Shown: piece after piece, positions 17,348-26,145 of the stretch | Layout of the letters: the number at the start of each line of letters is the position of its first letter | How positions within the stretch are numbered: position 1 is the stretch's first letter | DNA from: Candidatus Parcubacteria bacterium | Lineage (GTDB): Bacteria; Patescibacteriota; Minisyncoccia; JACPXH01 | Assembly: GCA_016196625.1 (NCBI GenBank) | Contig: JACPXH010000007.1 | Coordinates: 150,461 to 214,460, forward strand | DNA: 64,000 bases | Direction of reading: 5' to 3' | The notes under the pieces: model-generated | Seen by the model: the letters and a program-made list of their open reading frames with translations, nothing else | What the model was told of the DNA's origin: nothing | Database searches by the model: none | Translations under genes and position numbers: made by a program

Positions 17348-18718
17348 TTAAGGCTTAACAGAAATCATTTTCTTCTGCCTCCAATGAAAATACTTGCGCG
17401 CGAACCGATGCGCTTCGTCGCGGAGGCGCAGGAGTAAATTGCGTGCTCCGTCCGGTAATTCGGCGAGCGGGATGAGCCCGGTTTCCGTGTGGATTTCGCT
17501 CAAGCCCTTGGCGTGGCCGATGGCGGGGATGTCGAGTTTATAGACGCGCAGTACCGAGAGTGCGGTGTTTCGTTGCGTCTTGCCGCCGTCAACCACGATC
17601 AAATCCGGATACGGCCATTCGGTATGCGCAATCCGGCGCTGGAGCACTTCGCGGATCATGGCGACATCATTCGGCCTGCCTGAAATTTTGATCTTGAATT
17701 TCCGGTAGAAGTTTTTGTTGGGGAGTCCGTTTTCAAAGGTAACCATGGAGCCGGTCGCAAGTTCGCCTTGGATATTGGCGACATCGTACGCTTCAATTCT
17801 CCGCGGCGGCGCTGCGAGGCGAAGTGTTTGCCCAAGCTCGCGTAGTTCGTGCATGCGGCTTGCGTGCGATGCCTTGGGCAGTTCAAGTGCGAACCGCGAA
17901 AGCACGCGCTCGTGCGCGAATAGCTCCTCAAGCCCACGGTACTGATCGCGGAGTTTGGCCGCCGCTTCAAAGTCTTGGCGTTTGGCCGCAGCGATGATTC
18001 CTTGCTTGAGCGTTTTGAGTAAGTCTTTTTTGCGGCCGGTGAGGATCGCTTTTAGGCTGCGGATGTTTCGACGGTAGGCGCTCGTGAGTTCGGCGCGTTC
18101 AGTCGCGGGCAGTTTGAGACGCGCCTGCGCTTTCAAGCAGCATAAACCAAGGCATTTGCCTAGCTGCGTTCGCACGCAGGGCCGTTCATGCGTTTCGGTA
18201 CAGGTGCAGTAGGGGAAGATGTGCCGGAGTGCTGCAAGAGTCTCGCGCGTGGCGGTAGCGCTCGTGAAGGGGCCGATTAGGTCCGCCTGGGCCCGGCTTG
18301 TCCGACCTCGGCCCGAGGCGCTGCCTTTCGGGCCGAGGTGCAGGACCTTCTTGAGCGCGAACTGGTGCGTGAAAAAGACGTGCGGGAATTCCTCTTTCGT
18401 AAACCCCACAAAGAGGTAATTCGTGTTGTCCTTGAGATCAACGTTGAACCGCGGCTCATACTTTTTTATGAGGTTTGCTTCTAAAATGAGCGCTTCGATT
18501 TCGGATTCGTTTTCGTACCAGTCAATGTGCGTTACGTTTTCGTAGAGGCCGATTTTAGTTGGATAGGCGGACGGCTTTGATTGGAAATGGGATCGGACGC
18601 GGTTTCGGAGGTTGATCGCTTTGCCGATGTAGAGAATCCGGCCGCGTTGGTTGCGGAATAGATATACCCCGGATGCAGTGGGGAGGCGGCGGATTTGGGC
18701 GGCAATCGACTTTGACAT
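17348..18718 (-). CDS. uvrC: Excinuclease ABC subunit C
   Basis: GIY-YIG (GVYLFRNQRGRILYIGKAINLRNRVRSHF), a UvrBC-interaction region, RNase H-like and HhH C-terminus. Start at ATG 18716-18718 (MSKSIAAQ). Confidence 0.85.
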   Translation of the reverse strand: MSKSIAAQIRRLPTASGVYLFRNQRGRILYIGKAINLRNRVRSHFQSKPSAYPTKIGLYENVTHIDWYENESEIEALILEANLIKKYEPRFNVDLKDNTNYLFVGFTKEEFPHVFFTHQFALKKVLHLGPKGSASGRGRTSRAQADLIGPFTSATATRETLAALRHIFPYCTCTETHERPCVRTQLGKCLGLCCLKAQARLKLPATERAELTSAYRRNIRSLKAILTGRKKDLLKTLKQGIIAAAKRQDFEAAAKLRDQYRGLEELFAHERVLSRFALELPKASHASRMHELRELGQTLRLAAPPRRIEAYDVANIQGELATGSMVTFENGLPNKNFYRKFKIKISGRPNDVAMIREVLQRRIAHTEWPYPDLIVVDGGKTQRNTALSVLRVYKLDIPAIGHAKGLSEIHTETGLIPLAELPDGARNLLLRLRDEAHRFARKYFHWRQKKMISVKP

Positions 18719-18824
18719 ATTTACGATGGTACGATACAGTATCTTGCACGGATTTGGAAGGGTTCTTTTTACGTTCTGAAAACCAGCAGCAGCCCGATTT
18801 CGAATCGGGCAGAGGGAGGCATCC

Positions 18825-19418
18825 ATGGGAGGAGTCGGGAGTAGCCAGCGAGATTTGTTTGGCCCTAGGTTCTCGCAACCCCAGCGGGAGTTTGTCCGGA
18901 AGCGCCTCGAGGAAGTTGGGTGGGTTTGGAAACGGGTCCTCTTGGCTACGCTGTCCTATCAGTTCACGGAGGAATTCCGGGAGACCCGTCCGGACGGAAG
19001 TTTTCGGCGGTTGCTCAAACGCCTCGCGGATAAGAATGCAAGGGATGTTGAGCGGCTGCGTACTCTTCAGGAGTCCAAGGGGCGAACCGAGCCGAAGTTG
19101 AAAGGGGCAGCGAAGCAAAAGCCTCGCTCCTACGAGGGGCCGACTCGTTTCAGTCCGGAAGAGGAACAGACGATCGTCTCGGTCGCGCCCGACTGCGTCA
19201 TCGTCGAGCACATCGTCGATTACGATGCGATTACTCGGAAACTCGACGAGATGTTCCCGGGACGACGCGGCAAGTGGAATCGTGACGGTATCCGAGCGAT
19301 CCTGAAGCGCCACGGCGTCTACGACCGTCTGCTGCAGGGCGAGCGGCCCATGCCAATCGTGGTCAGGCCGCCGAGCGACCCCGTGGAACATCACAAGCTG
19401 CTTCGGGGTCTACTGTAG
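18825..19418 (+). CDS. Hypothetical protein, divergent from uvrC
   Basis: The 197-aa ORF has balanced K/E/R/D composition, unlike the overlapping P/R/S-rich antisense ORF. No recognisable domain. Confidence 0.4.
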   Translation: MGGVGSSQRDLFGPRFSQPQREFVRKRLEEVGWVWKRVLLATLSYQFTEEFRETRPDGSFRRLLKRLADKNARDVERLRTLQESKGRTEPKLKGAAKQKPRSYEGPTRFSPEEEQTIVSVAPDCVIVEHIVDYDAITRKLDEMFPGRRGKWNRDGIRAILKRHGVYDRLLQGERPMPIVVRPPSDPVEHHKLLRGLL

Positions 19419-19423
19419 AGCGT

Positions 19424-19696
19424 ATGGGAAAGCTTAACACCGAGCTTGCGAAGCTGCGTGAGGCGCACGTCCGGGCGACGAGGGCGATTGAAGCCGCCGA
19501 GGCGCCAGTTGATGTTGGTCGTGATAGAGACGCAGGGCTTGTCCCCGCGCTCCATCCAGACGATCAAACACAGATCGTCCTTTCCGGAGGAGTGATTGCC
19601 AATTTGGTTGCATCCTCCATCGGTTATGGTTCCGGCGATCCCACAGACGAGGCAGACGAGGCGCCCTTCGCCTCAGACGACGTGCCCTTCGCTTAA
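19424..19696 (+). CDS. Hypothetical small acidic protein
   Basis: The 90-aa ORF is followed 19 bp downstream by an intrinsic terminator. Confidence 0.35.
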   Translation: MGKLNTELAKLREAHVRATRAIEAAEAPVDVGRDRDAGLVPALHPDDQTQIVLSGGVIANLVASSIGYGSGDPTDEADEAPFASDDVPFA

Positions 19697-19714
19697 CCAA
19701 AAGGTAGTCTCGTT

Positions 19715-19774
19715 GCGCCCCGTCTCGAGTCCGTCAGCTGGCGGATTGAGGGACGGGGCGCTTCTCTTTTTCTT
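19715..19774 (+). terminator. Intrinsic terminator
   Basis: 10-bp stem GCGCCCCGTC / GACGGGGCGC followed by TTCTCTTTTTCTT. Confidence 0.55.
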
Positions 19775-19801
19775 GCCATCTATTGACAGACGGCGTATAA
19801 T
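19773..19801 (+). promoter_or_regulatory. Putative sigma-70-type promoter for uvrA
   Basis: TTGCCA (19773-19778), 17-bp spacer, TATAAT (19796-19801). Confidence 0.45.
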
Positions 19802-19919
19802 TTTCATTCACCCCGTTAGAACGCCACCCATTCTGTCGGCGGCTAGAGAGGGGAATAACCATGGGAGTATGATGTTTCTATCGGCGGGTCGCAAAGCGTC
19901 CGCTCTAACGGGGTTCACC

Positions 19920-22913
19920 ATGCCGAGGGCAAAGAAAAAATCTACTGGGGGCGGCCCCATAGCATCGCCGATGCGGCGAGCTACGAGGCAAGGCGCGATT
20001 CGTATTCGAGGTGCACGAGTGCACAATCTCAAAAACATTGACGTGGACATCCCGCGCAATAAACTCGTCGTGATCACGGGTTTATCGGGATCAGGCAAGT
20101 CGTCCCTTGCGTTTGATACCCTCTACGCCGAAGGCCAGCGCCGGTACGTGGAATCACTCTCGGCCTACGCGCGCCAGTTCTTGGGTGTGATGGACAAGCC
20201 CGACGTGGATACAATCGAGGGGCTGTCCCCCGCTATTTCCATTGATCAAAAAAGTGTCTCCAAAAATCCGCGCTCCACGGTTGGTACGATTACCGAAGTG
20301 ATGGACTATCTGCGGTTGCTCTACGCCCGGGTGGGGAAGCCCCACTGCCCCAAGTGCGGACGCGCCGTAACGCGCCAGACCGTAACCCAAATTACCGATC
20401 AGGTCTTGAAGCTTCCGAAAACTTCGCGCGCGCTCATCTTGGCGCCCATGGTCAAAGATCGCAAAGGCGAGCACCGGCAGCTCTTGGTCGACTTGGAGCG
20501 CCGCGGCTTTAGCCGTGTGCTCATCAACGGCGAAGTCTTGCGTATTGAGGATGCCAAGCGTCTTATCTTTGATAAGCACACCAAGCACACGATTGACGTG
20601 GTCGTAGATCGTATCGAGATTGGAGCAGACGTTGACCGGCCGCGCGTGGCTGATTCGGTGGAGATCGCGCTGCGGCTTGGCGACGGCATGATGGCTGTGT
20701 CTGTGGTTGAAGACGCGACTAGGCTGCAGCTGCAGTCGCCGCGCCCGCCCAAAGTTGGCACCGCCAAGTCGCTCAAAGCCGGAGGCAGCCCTGGAGACCT
20801 CATTTTCTCCGAGCACTTCGCCTGCCAGCACTGCAACGTTAACCTCCCCGAGATAGAGCCGCGTACATTCTCGTTTAATAGCCCCCACGGCGCCTGCCCC
20901 ACCTGCACGGGTTTGGGAAGCTTGCTTAAGGTTGATCCCAAGCTGGTGTTTCCCAACCCACGTCTGACACTCGCCGAGGGTGCGATCCGTCCGTGGGCCT
21001 CGGCTTCGCACCGCGTGGGCCGGCAGTCGTGGTATTGGTGGATTTTGGACGAGCTGTCCAAGAAACACGGCTTTTCACTCTCGACGCCCGTGAAGGATCT
21101 GTCCAAGAAAATCATTGACCTGATTTTGTATGGTGAGCAGGGCGCTCTGATGCTCCGCTCAGGCGATTGGGAAGGCCGGACTGAATTTGAGGGCGTCATT
21201 CCCAACCTCGAGCGACGCTGGAAAGAAAGCGATTCGGAGTTCACGCGTGGCGAGATTGAACGCTATATGGTGATCACGAAATGCCACGCGTGTCTTGGCA
21301 AGCGTCTCCGGCCCGAAGCCTTGGCGGTGAAGGTTGTTGGTCAGACGATTGATCGGGTACTTAACTCGCCGGTGAGCGCATCAGCGACACTGTTCCGTTC
21401 GTGGCTTACGGATGGTGTATTTACCGTGGCCGAGCGCACGATTGCTACACCTCTCCTCAAAGAGATTTTGAACCGGCTCCAGTTTCTCCTTGAGGTGGGG
21501 CTCGATTACCTCACGCTTCATCGCGAGTCCACAACGCTTTCCGGTGGCGAAGGCCAGCGCATCAGGCTCGCCACACAAATCGGCTCGCAGCTGACCGGAG
21601 TGCTCTACATATTAGACGAACCTTCGGTGGGGCTGCATGCGCGCGATCAAGCTCGGCTCATCGCGACCTTGAAAGAACTTCGAGATTTGGGTAACACCGT
21701 GGTCGTGGTGGAGCACGATCCGCAGACGATCGAAGCGGCGGACTGGGTAGTGGACATCGGCCCGGGCGCGGGCAAGCACGGCGGGCGGGTGGTCTTTACC
21801 GGAACGCCTCGCGAGCTCAAGCGTTCAAAGACTTTAACCGGCGAGTATCTGTCCGGGCGCAAGCGCGTGGGCGCGCCCACGCCCGCAGAGCGCGGGCCAC
21901 ACGACGATGGCAAACGCCTTACGATCCGCGGCGCATCTGAACACAATCTGAAAAACATTGACGTTGCGATACCGCTCGGCAAGACGGTGTGCATCACGGG
22001 TGTGTCTGGCTCTGGCAAATCAACTTTGATGAACGACATCCTGGGGCAAGCGCTGCTCAACCGGTTCTACCACGCGCACACGCAGCCCGGCGCGCATGAA
22101 GCAATCGAAGGTTTCGAACAGCTTGATAAGGTGGTCATCGTGGATCAGTCGCCAATCGGCCGGACTCCCCGCTCAAACCCCGCCACCTACACCGGCGCTT
22201 TCGGTCCTGTCCGCGAACTATTTGCGAGAACCCAAGAAGCCCGCATGCGCGGCTACACGCCCGGGCGCTTTTCGTTTAACGTCAAAGGCGGCCGGTGCGA
22301 GACCTGCGAAGGCCAAGGGTTTAAGAGAATCGAGATGCAGTTTTTGGCAGACGTATATGTGGAGTGCGAGGATTGCCACGGAAAACGGTATAACCGTGAA
22401 GCACTTGAGGTTCAGTGGAACGGGAAGAACGTCGCCGAGGTGCTGGCCATGACGATTGAGGAAGCGCTCCAGTTTTTCAAAAACATCCCGGCAGTCAAAT
22501 CAAAAATCAAAACCATGGTGGAGGTGGGGCTCGGGTACATGCAGTTGGGCCAACCCGCGCCGTCTTTGTCTGGCGGCGAAGCCCAGCGCATTAAGTTGGC
22601 TGCCGAACTTTCGCGCCGCGCCACCGGCAAAACCTTATATATATTGGATGAGCCCACGACCGGCCTGCATTTTGATGATGTGCGTAAACTCTTGCACGTG
22701 TTGACTGAACTCGTGGCCAAGGGCAACACGGTTTTGGTGATTGAGCACAATCTTGACGTGGTCCGCTCGGCAGATTGGGTTATTGATCTTGGTCCGGAGG
22801 GCGGGGAAGATGGCGGTCGGATCGTCGCCGCCGGCACTCCAAAAGACATCGCAAAAGTGAAAGCGAGCTATACCGGGCAGTTTTTGCGACTTGCGGGTCG
22901 TGCAGGTCGTTAG
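19920..22913 (+). CDS. uvrA: Excinuclease ABC subunit A
   Basis: Two ABC ATPase modules ([14 protein letters not shown] and [13 protein letters not shown] Walker A; [12 protein letters not shown] and [12 protein letters not shown] signatures) and zinc-finger cysteines. Start at ATG 19920 (MPRAKKK). An alternative ATG 27 codons downstream (MRRATRQG) lies before the conserved [14 protein letters not shown]. The ORF is open upstream to 19596. Confidence 0.9.
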   Translation: MPRAKKKSTGGGPIASPMRRATRQGAIRIRGARVHNLKNIDVDIPRNKLVVITGLSGSGKSSLAFDTLYAEGQRRYVESLSAYARQFLGVMDKPDVDTIEGLSPAISIDQKSVSKNPRSTVGTITEVMDYLRLLYARVGKPHCPKCGRAVTRQTVTQITDQVLKLPKTSRALILAPMVKDRKGEHRQLLVDLERRGFSRVLINGEVLRIEDAKRLIFDKHTKHTIDVVVDRIEIGADVDRPRVADSVEIALRLGDGMMAVSVVEDATRLQLQSPRPPKVGTAKSLKAGGSPGDLIFSEHFACQHCNVNLPEIEPRTFSFNSPHGACPTCTGLGSLLKVDPKLVFPNPRLTLAEGAIRPWASASHRVGRQSWYWWILDELSKKHGFSLSTPVKDLSKKIIDLILYGEQGALMLRSGDWEGRTEFEGVIPNLERRWKESDSEFTRGEIERYMVITKCHACLGKRLRPEALAVKVVGQTIDRVLNSPVSASATLFRSWLTDGVFTVAERTIATPLLKEILNRLQFLLEVGLDYLTLHRESTTLSGGEGQRIRLATQIGSQLTGVLYILDEPSVGLHARDQARLIATLKELRDLGNTVVVVEHDPQTIEAADWVVDIGPGAGKHGGRVVFTGTPRELKRSKTLTGEYLSGRKRVGAPTPAERGPHDDGKRLTIRGASEHNLKNIDVAIPLGKTVCITGVSGSGKSTLMNDILGQALLNRFYHAHTQPGAHEAIEGFEQLDKVVIVDQSPIGRTPRSNPATYTGAFGPVRELFARTQEARMRGYTPGRFSFNVKGGRCETCEGQGFKRIEMQFLADVYVECEDCHGKRYNREALEVQWNGKNVAEVLAMTIEEALQFFKNIPAVKSKIKTMVEVGLGYMQLGQPAPSLSGGEAQRIKLAAELSRRATGKTLYILDEPTTGLHFDDVRKLLHVLTELVAKGNTVLVIEHNLDVVRSADWVIDLGPEGGEDGGRIVAAGTPKDIAKVKASYTGQFLRLAGRAGR

Positions 22914-22985
22914 TCAGGTTACACGCATTTTGGACAGTTTGCCTCGGGCGTTACCTCGTTTGGACAAGTCATGCAACGTGTGGCA

Positions 22986-23223
22986 GGCGCCGCACTCCCT
23001 CAGCGATCGTTCGCTCGTCCAGCGACTCGCAATCAAGGAATGCTCCGGGGCGGCGCATTCGGCCTCGCGTCCCTCGATACAACTCGGGACAAGCTCGGCC
23101 GGCGCCGCCCGTTCGGAACCAAGCAGTTGGCTCCTCACCCTCGCTGGCGGCCGATCGCTCAACGCGTTGAGCGCTCGGACCGTGCCCGCCAGCTGCGGAT
23201 GTCGCTTCGGGAGCGACGGCGCC
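22986..23223 (+). other. Structured element, copy B, between uvrA and the three-gene operon. It is the same family as 15900-16046 with a ~110-bp insertion.
   Basis: Shares TCGTCCAGCGACTC (23015-23028), the hairpin GATCGCTCAAC / GTTGAGCGCTC with compensatory base changes relative to copy A, and the tail CTCGGACCGTGCCCGCCAGCTGCGGATGTCG. It has its own closing stem GGCGCCG...CGGCGCC. Confidence 0.4.
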
Positions 23224-23371
23224 TGACCCAATCGGTAGCAACCCTCGCCGATAGTGCGCGTCCGAAATGTGTTCGTCCCGACGCATCATTGACAAACCAT
23301 TATCGCTGTAGTTCCATTTGTTCGTGCGAGCGTTCTGTGGCCTGCAAACCGCCACAGAGGAGGACCGGGCA

Positions 23372-23713
23372 ATGGGAGGCGGAAGGGAGTACCTGCATTC
23401 CATTAAAGGGAGGGCACTTCTCATGGAGGCGTACAAGACGACTTGCGCCGATTGCGGGCATGTTCGGTTCTGGGTGGGCTACAAGACTGGGATCGGAAAG
23501 ACACCAGAGCAGCTACGGGCGATGGAAGAAGAGATGGTGACTTGCGTTGCCTGCGGTTCGAAGCAAGCCACCACCGATCTCGACCACGAAACAGAAGCCG
23601 GGAAGACGTTTGATGCGCAGGCGCAGATGCTCGTTCAGGCGATCGCCGGGTTACTTCGGAAGCCGCAGCTCGGCACAGATACCTCCGGTAATGGCAAAAG
23701 CAAAGGAGGGTAG
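23372..23713 (+). CDS. Hypothetical zinc-ribbon protein (113 aa)
   Basis: AGGAGG-type SD (GAGGAGG at 23357-23363) 8 nt before the ATG. Two CxxC pairs (CADCGH ... CVACGS). Confidence 0.5.
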   Translation: MGGGREYLHSIKGRALLMEAYKTTCADCGHVRFWVGYKTGIGKTPEQLRAMEEEMVTCVACGSKQATTDLDHETEAGKTFDAQAQMLVQAIAGLLRKPQLGTDTSGNGKSKGG

Positions 23714-23717
23714 CGCG

Positions 23718-24074
23718 GTGGGAGTGGAGAGTACGTACGTTCTGCCAGTAAAGGCAGGAACGGTGTTGCGAACCGATCGTGGGTTCCAGCGGATCGCCGA
23801 GGTGGGTTCGAGTTGTACTGATCCTTTCGGCTGTGTGGTGCCGGTTCGACTCGATGACGGCACCCACCGGCTCGTGGTCTGCGAGGGCATGCGGTTCCGG
23901 ACATTTGTGGCGGCAGACCACTTCGTGAACCAGTTGATTCACGAGTCTCCGGTCATGCCTAAGGTGGGTAACCTAGGTAGGGCGCGTTCCTTTTACATGG
24001 AGGTAGTCAGAAAGGATGGCGACCCCATCGATATCGAGTTGCCGCTTCCCTACTGCAATGAGAGGAGGGTGTAG
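23718..24074 (+). CDS. Hypothetical protein (118 aa)
   Basis: GTG start 8 nt after AGGAGG (23704-23709), 4 nt after the upstream stop. An alternative in-frame ATG at 23691 lacks an SD. No recognisable domain. Confidence 0.45.
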   Translation: MGVESTYVLPVKAGTVLRTDRGFQRIAEVGSSCTDPFGCVVPVRLDDGTHRLVVCEGMRFRTFVAADHFVNQLIHESPVMPKVGNLGRARSFYMEVVRKDGDPIDIELPLPYCNERRV

Positions 24075-24076
24075 CG

Positions 24077-24442
24077 ATGCCGTTCGCGCTCGTGTTCCAT
24101 CACGCGCACGTTTCGGTCGGAGAGCTGGATAAGCTTCGGCAGGGCCTTCCCCATGCGATTGCCGGAGCGCTCTCGGTTCCGGGGACCGAAGCAGCCCTCG
24201 AGCCGAGCGAGATCGAAGTCAAGATGTTTCCTTTCGGGCCGTTCGATGTTTCGCAGGGGTATGAGGTGGCCATTGTCATCTTTGCCAACGATTACCCCGA
24301 ACGTCGGAAGATTGTCGATGCTGCGGTAAAACGGATCGGCCAGGAAGCGCGTCGGTGCCTTGCTCCCAACACGCCCGGGTTCGTCTGGATTCGCTTGGCT
24401 CCGGCGGCTTTCTACGATTTTGGAGCCAGGGAGGGTCCGTGA
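24077..24442 (+). CDS. Hypothetical protein (121 aa), possibly a tandem beta-alpha-beta tautomerase-superfamily-like fold with N-terminal Pro1
   Basis: AGGAGG (24063-24068) 8 nt before the ATG. The N-terminus is MP-FALVFHH, followed by a predicted helix and strand. A second similar unit begins at EVAIVIFANDYPERRKIVDAAVKRIG. The fold assignment is inference. Confidence 0.45.
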   Translation: MPFALVFHHAHVSVGELDKLRQGLPHAIAGALSVPGTEAALEPSEIEVKMFPFGPFDVSQGYEVAIVIFANDYPERRKIVDAAVKRIGQEARRCLAPNTPGFVWIRLAPAAFYDFGAREGP

Positions 24443-24449
24443 ATGCATG

Positions 24450-24488
24450 CAGGGCGAGCGCCATCCGGCGCTCGCCCTGTTTCCTTCA
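24450..24488 (+). terminator. Hairpin terminator after the three-gene operon
   Basis: Perfect 13-bp stem CAGGGCGAGCGCC / GGCGCTCGCCCTG with loop ATCC, followed by TTTCCTTC. Confidence 0.45.
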
Positions 24489-24525
24489 TGGCGTCCTCCT
24501 TCGTTCTCTTTCGGCCGATACTTTC

Positions 24526-24554
24526 TTGACCGCACGTTTATCTTTAGATAAACT
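24526..24554 (+). promoter_or_regulatory. Putative promoter plus palindromic operator for the toxin-antitoxin pair
   Basis: TTGACC (24526-24531), 17-bp spacer, TAAACT (24549-24554), 8 nt before the antitoxin ATG. The inverted repeat TTATCTTTAGATAA overlaps the -10 region. Confidence 0.35.
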
Positions 24555-24562
24555 TTCACCAT

Positions 24563-24781
24563 ATGGCACATATTATTGGTTTGAAGGAGCTTCGCGAGAA
24601 CGTTGACGCGTACGTTTCCCAAGTGGGAAAAGGAAAATCGTTTATCGTTGTGCGGCGCTCCAAACCCATATTCAAAATTTCCTCCGCCTCCGAGGCACCA
24701 GAATCGTGGGAGCCAGTCGCTGATTTTACCAAGTTGAGGAAGGGAGGGGTTGGGCTTGAAGAATTGCTTGCGCGTCTCTAG
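24563..24781 (+). CDS. Type II antitoxin, Phd/YefM family
   Basis: 72 aa. N-terminus ELRENVDAYVSQVGKGKSFIVVRRSKPIFKI matches the Phd/YefM layout. It lies immediately upstream of a RelE/ParE-like gene with a 7-nt gap. Confidence 0.7.
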   Translation: MAHIIGLKELRENVDAYVSQVGKGKSFIVVRRSKPIFKISSASEAPESWEPVADFTKLRKGGVGLEELLARL

Positions 24782-24788
24782 GTTACAC

Positions 24789-25028
24789 ATGGATCGGATT
24801 GAAAAGGCGCTGCGGAAGCTTTCACCAAAGGAACGGGTGCGTGTGCGGCACATACTGGAGCGGTTTCAACGGAAAGATGTCCGCGGCCTCGACATGCAGA
24901 AACTGAAGGCCCGGAGCGATGTTTTTCGGGTCCACAAGGGCGACATTCGGATCATTTTTCGGACCAAAGGCGACGACATTTTCGTATTGGCGATTGAACG
25001 GCGGAGTGAGAGCACCTACCGCCTCTAA
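24789..25028 (+). CDS. Type II toxin, RelE/ParE family
   Basis: 79 aa from ATG 24789. C-terminal FRVHKGDIRIIFRTKGDDIFVLAIERRSE is typical of RelE/ParE. Confidence 0.7.
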   Translation: MDRIEKALRKLSPKERVRVRHILERFQRKDVRGLDMQKLKARSDVFRVHKGDIRIIFRTKGDDIFVLAIERRSESTYRL

Positions 25029-25059
25029 AATTGTTTGTGGTGCCAAAGGCAACAAACGC

Positions 25060-26103
25060 ATGGCGTATCCACTCAAAGACGCCGTCCTCGCCACCATCGC
25101 CTACCACGACGTGTTGGAGCTTCCCCTCACGCGCTTTGAGGTGGAGCGGTATTTGATCAGGCCCGAACTCCTTGGCGTTTTCCAAGGGGGGGTTCGTTTC
25201 ACGAAGCCATTCGGTCATCGCGAGGCCCCGGAGGGGCCGTGGCGATCTCGAGGGCTTGCTCGCAATGACGGGTCTGATTTGCCGCAGGACATCGGCGTTA
25301 CGCTTGAATCACTCCATCACGAAAAGAAGGTTAGCTGCCGAAACGGTTTTTGGTGTTTGCCCGGCCGCGAGCACGTGGTTACGGAACGCATCGAAAAGCA
25401 TAAGCTGGCCGAAACCAAGTGGAAAATTCTGCAACGGTGGGGGAGGCTGCTTGCGTACGTGCCGTTCGTGCGGCTGGTGTTGGCTTCGGGTTCGTTGGTG
25501 TTCCACAATACCCAACCGGGTTCGGATCTGGACGTGTTGCTCGTGGCGAAGTATGGCCGCATTTGGACGGTGCGAGCCTTGAGCACTGGTTTGTTGGAGT
25601 TGTTCGGCCAGCGCCGGCATGGGAGCAAAATCGCTGATCGCATCTGTTTTAACCACTTCCTCACGGATCAAACGCTCACCATGCCCTACCCGAGTCTGTA
25701 CAATGCCATGACGTACGTTCGGCTCATCCCGCTTTTGGAGCTCGGGGTAACGTTAAAGCATTTTCTTGCCGCCAATGCCTGGCTGGGCGAGTATCTTGAA
25801 CAGGTACCCCAACCGAATCTTGGTTCTTGGAAAACCGCGCGTCGGCCGCCGGGGTCAATGGCCGCCCAAACTTTTTTTGAATGGTTGCTCTCGGGTTTCT
25901 TTGGTAGATGGCTGGAGGCGCGGTTAAAGCAGATACAAAAGAGACGCATCGAGGCTGACCCGCGTAGTTTCGAGCCTGGCGGACGCGTGGTGGCCGACGA
26001 CACCCAACTCGAATTTCATCCGGCTTCGCCAGAAGGCGTGGTACTGGCCGATTATGAGGGTCGCCTGGCCGCACTTGGCTTGATAGAAGGGGAGGGGGGT
26101 TGA
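25060..26103 (+). CDS. Hypothetical protein with a polymerase-beta-like nucleotidyltransferase-fold motif
   Basis: GS...DLDV motif in ASGSLVFHNTQPGSDLDVLLV. Start at ATG 25060 (MAYPLKD), since the longer ORF from 24919 overlaps the toxin. A 56-bp palindromic repeat (25214-25269) lies inside the reading frame. Confidence 0.5.
   Translation: MAYPLKDAVLATIAYHDVLELPLTRFEVERYLIRPELLGVFQGGVRFTKPFGHREAPEGPWRSRGLARNDGSDLPQDIGVTLESLHHEKKVSCRNGFWCLPGREHVVTERIEKHKLAETKWKILQRWGRLLAYVPFVRLVLASGSLVFHNTQPGSDLDVLLVAKYGRIWTVRALSTGLLELFGQRRHGSKIADRICFNHFLTDQTLTMPYPSLYNAMTYVRLIPLLELGVTLKHFLAANAWLGEYLEQVPQPNLGSWKTARRPPGSMAAQTFFEWLLSGFFGRWLEARLKQIQKRRIEADPRSFEPGGRVVADDTQLEFHPASPEGVVLADYEGRLAALGLIEGEGG
25214..25269. 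repeat. GTCATCGCGAG...CTCGCAATGAC palindromic element embedded in a CDS (family copy iii)
   Basis: Termini match the 1961-2085 element with one mismatch. Interior has palindromes GGCCCCGGAGGGGCC and GATCTCGAG. Confidence 0.5.
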
Positions 26104-26128
26104 CTATTGTCTCAGTATCTGATATTAT
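26100..26128 (+). promoter_or_regulatory. Putative promoter for the 1015-aa surface protein gene
   Basis: TTGACT, 17-bp spacer, TATTAT. AAGGA lies 10 nt before the TTG start at 26146. Confidence 0.4.
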
Positions 26129-26145
26129 TAAAGGAATTCTAGTTT

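Noticed and set aside
18555-19394. 279-aa ORF on the minus strand overlapping uvrC and the divergent hypothetical gene
   Set aside because: Pro/Arg/Ser-rich antisense-type composition. It overlaps the well-supported uvrC 5' end and a better-composed plus-strand ORF, so it is treated as spurious.
19783-19801. TTGACA and TATAAT hexamers in the uvrA upstream region as a promoter pair
   Set aside because: They are only 7 bp apart, far from the 16-18 bp spacing required. The TTGCCA at 19773 with a 17-bp spacer to the same TATAAT is the plausible -35 instead.
20154-21244. Two long minus-strand ORFs (304 and 281 aa) inside uvrA
   Set aside because: They are antisense to a conserved ABC ATPase gene. 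Long shadow ORFs are expected in GC-rich DNA.
24050-24853. 267-aa minus-strand ORF spanning the third small gene, a terminator and the antitoxin gene
   Set aside because: It is antisense to three features with strong independent support (SD-spaced gene, TA pair), has unusual Arg/Gly-rich composition, and has no start context.
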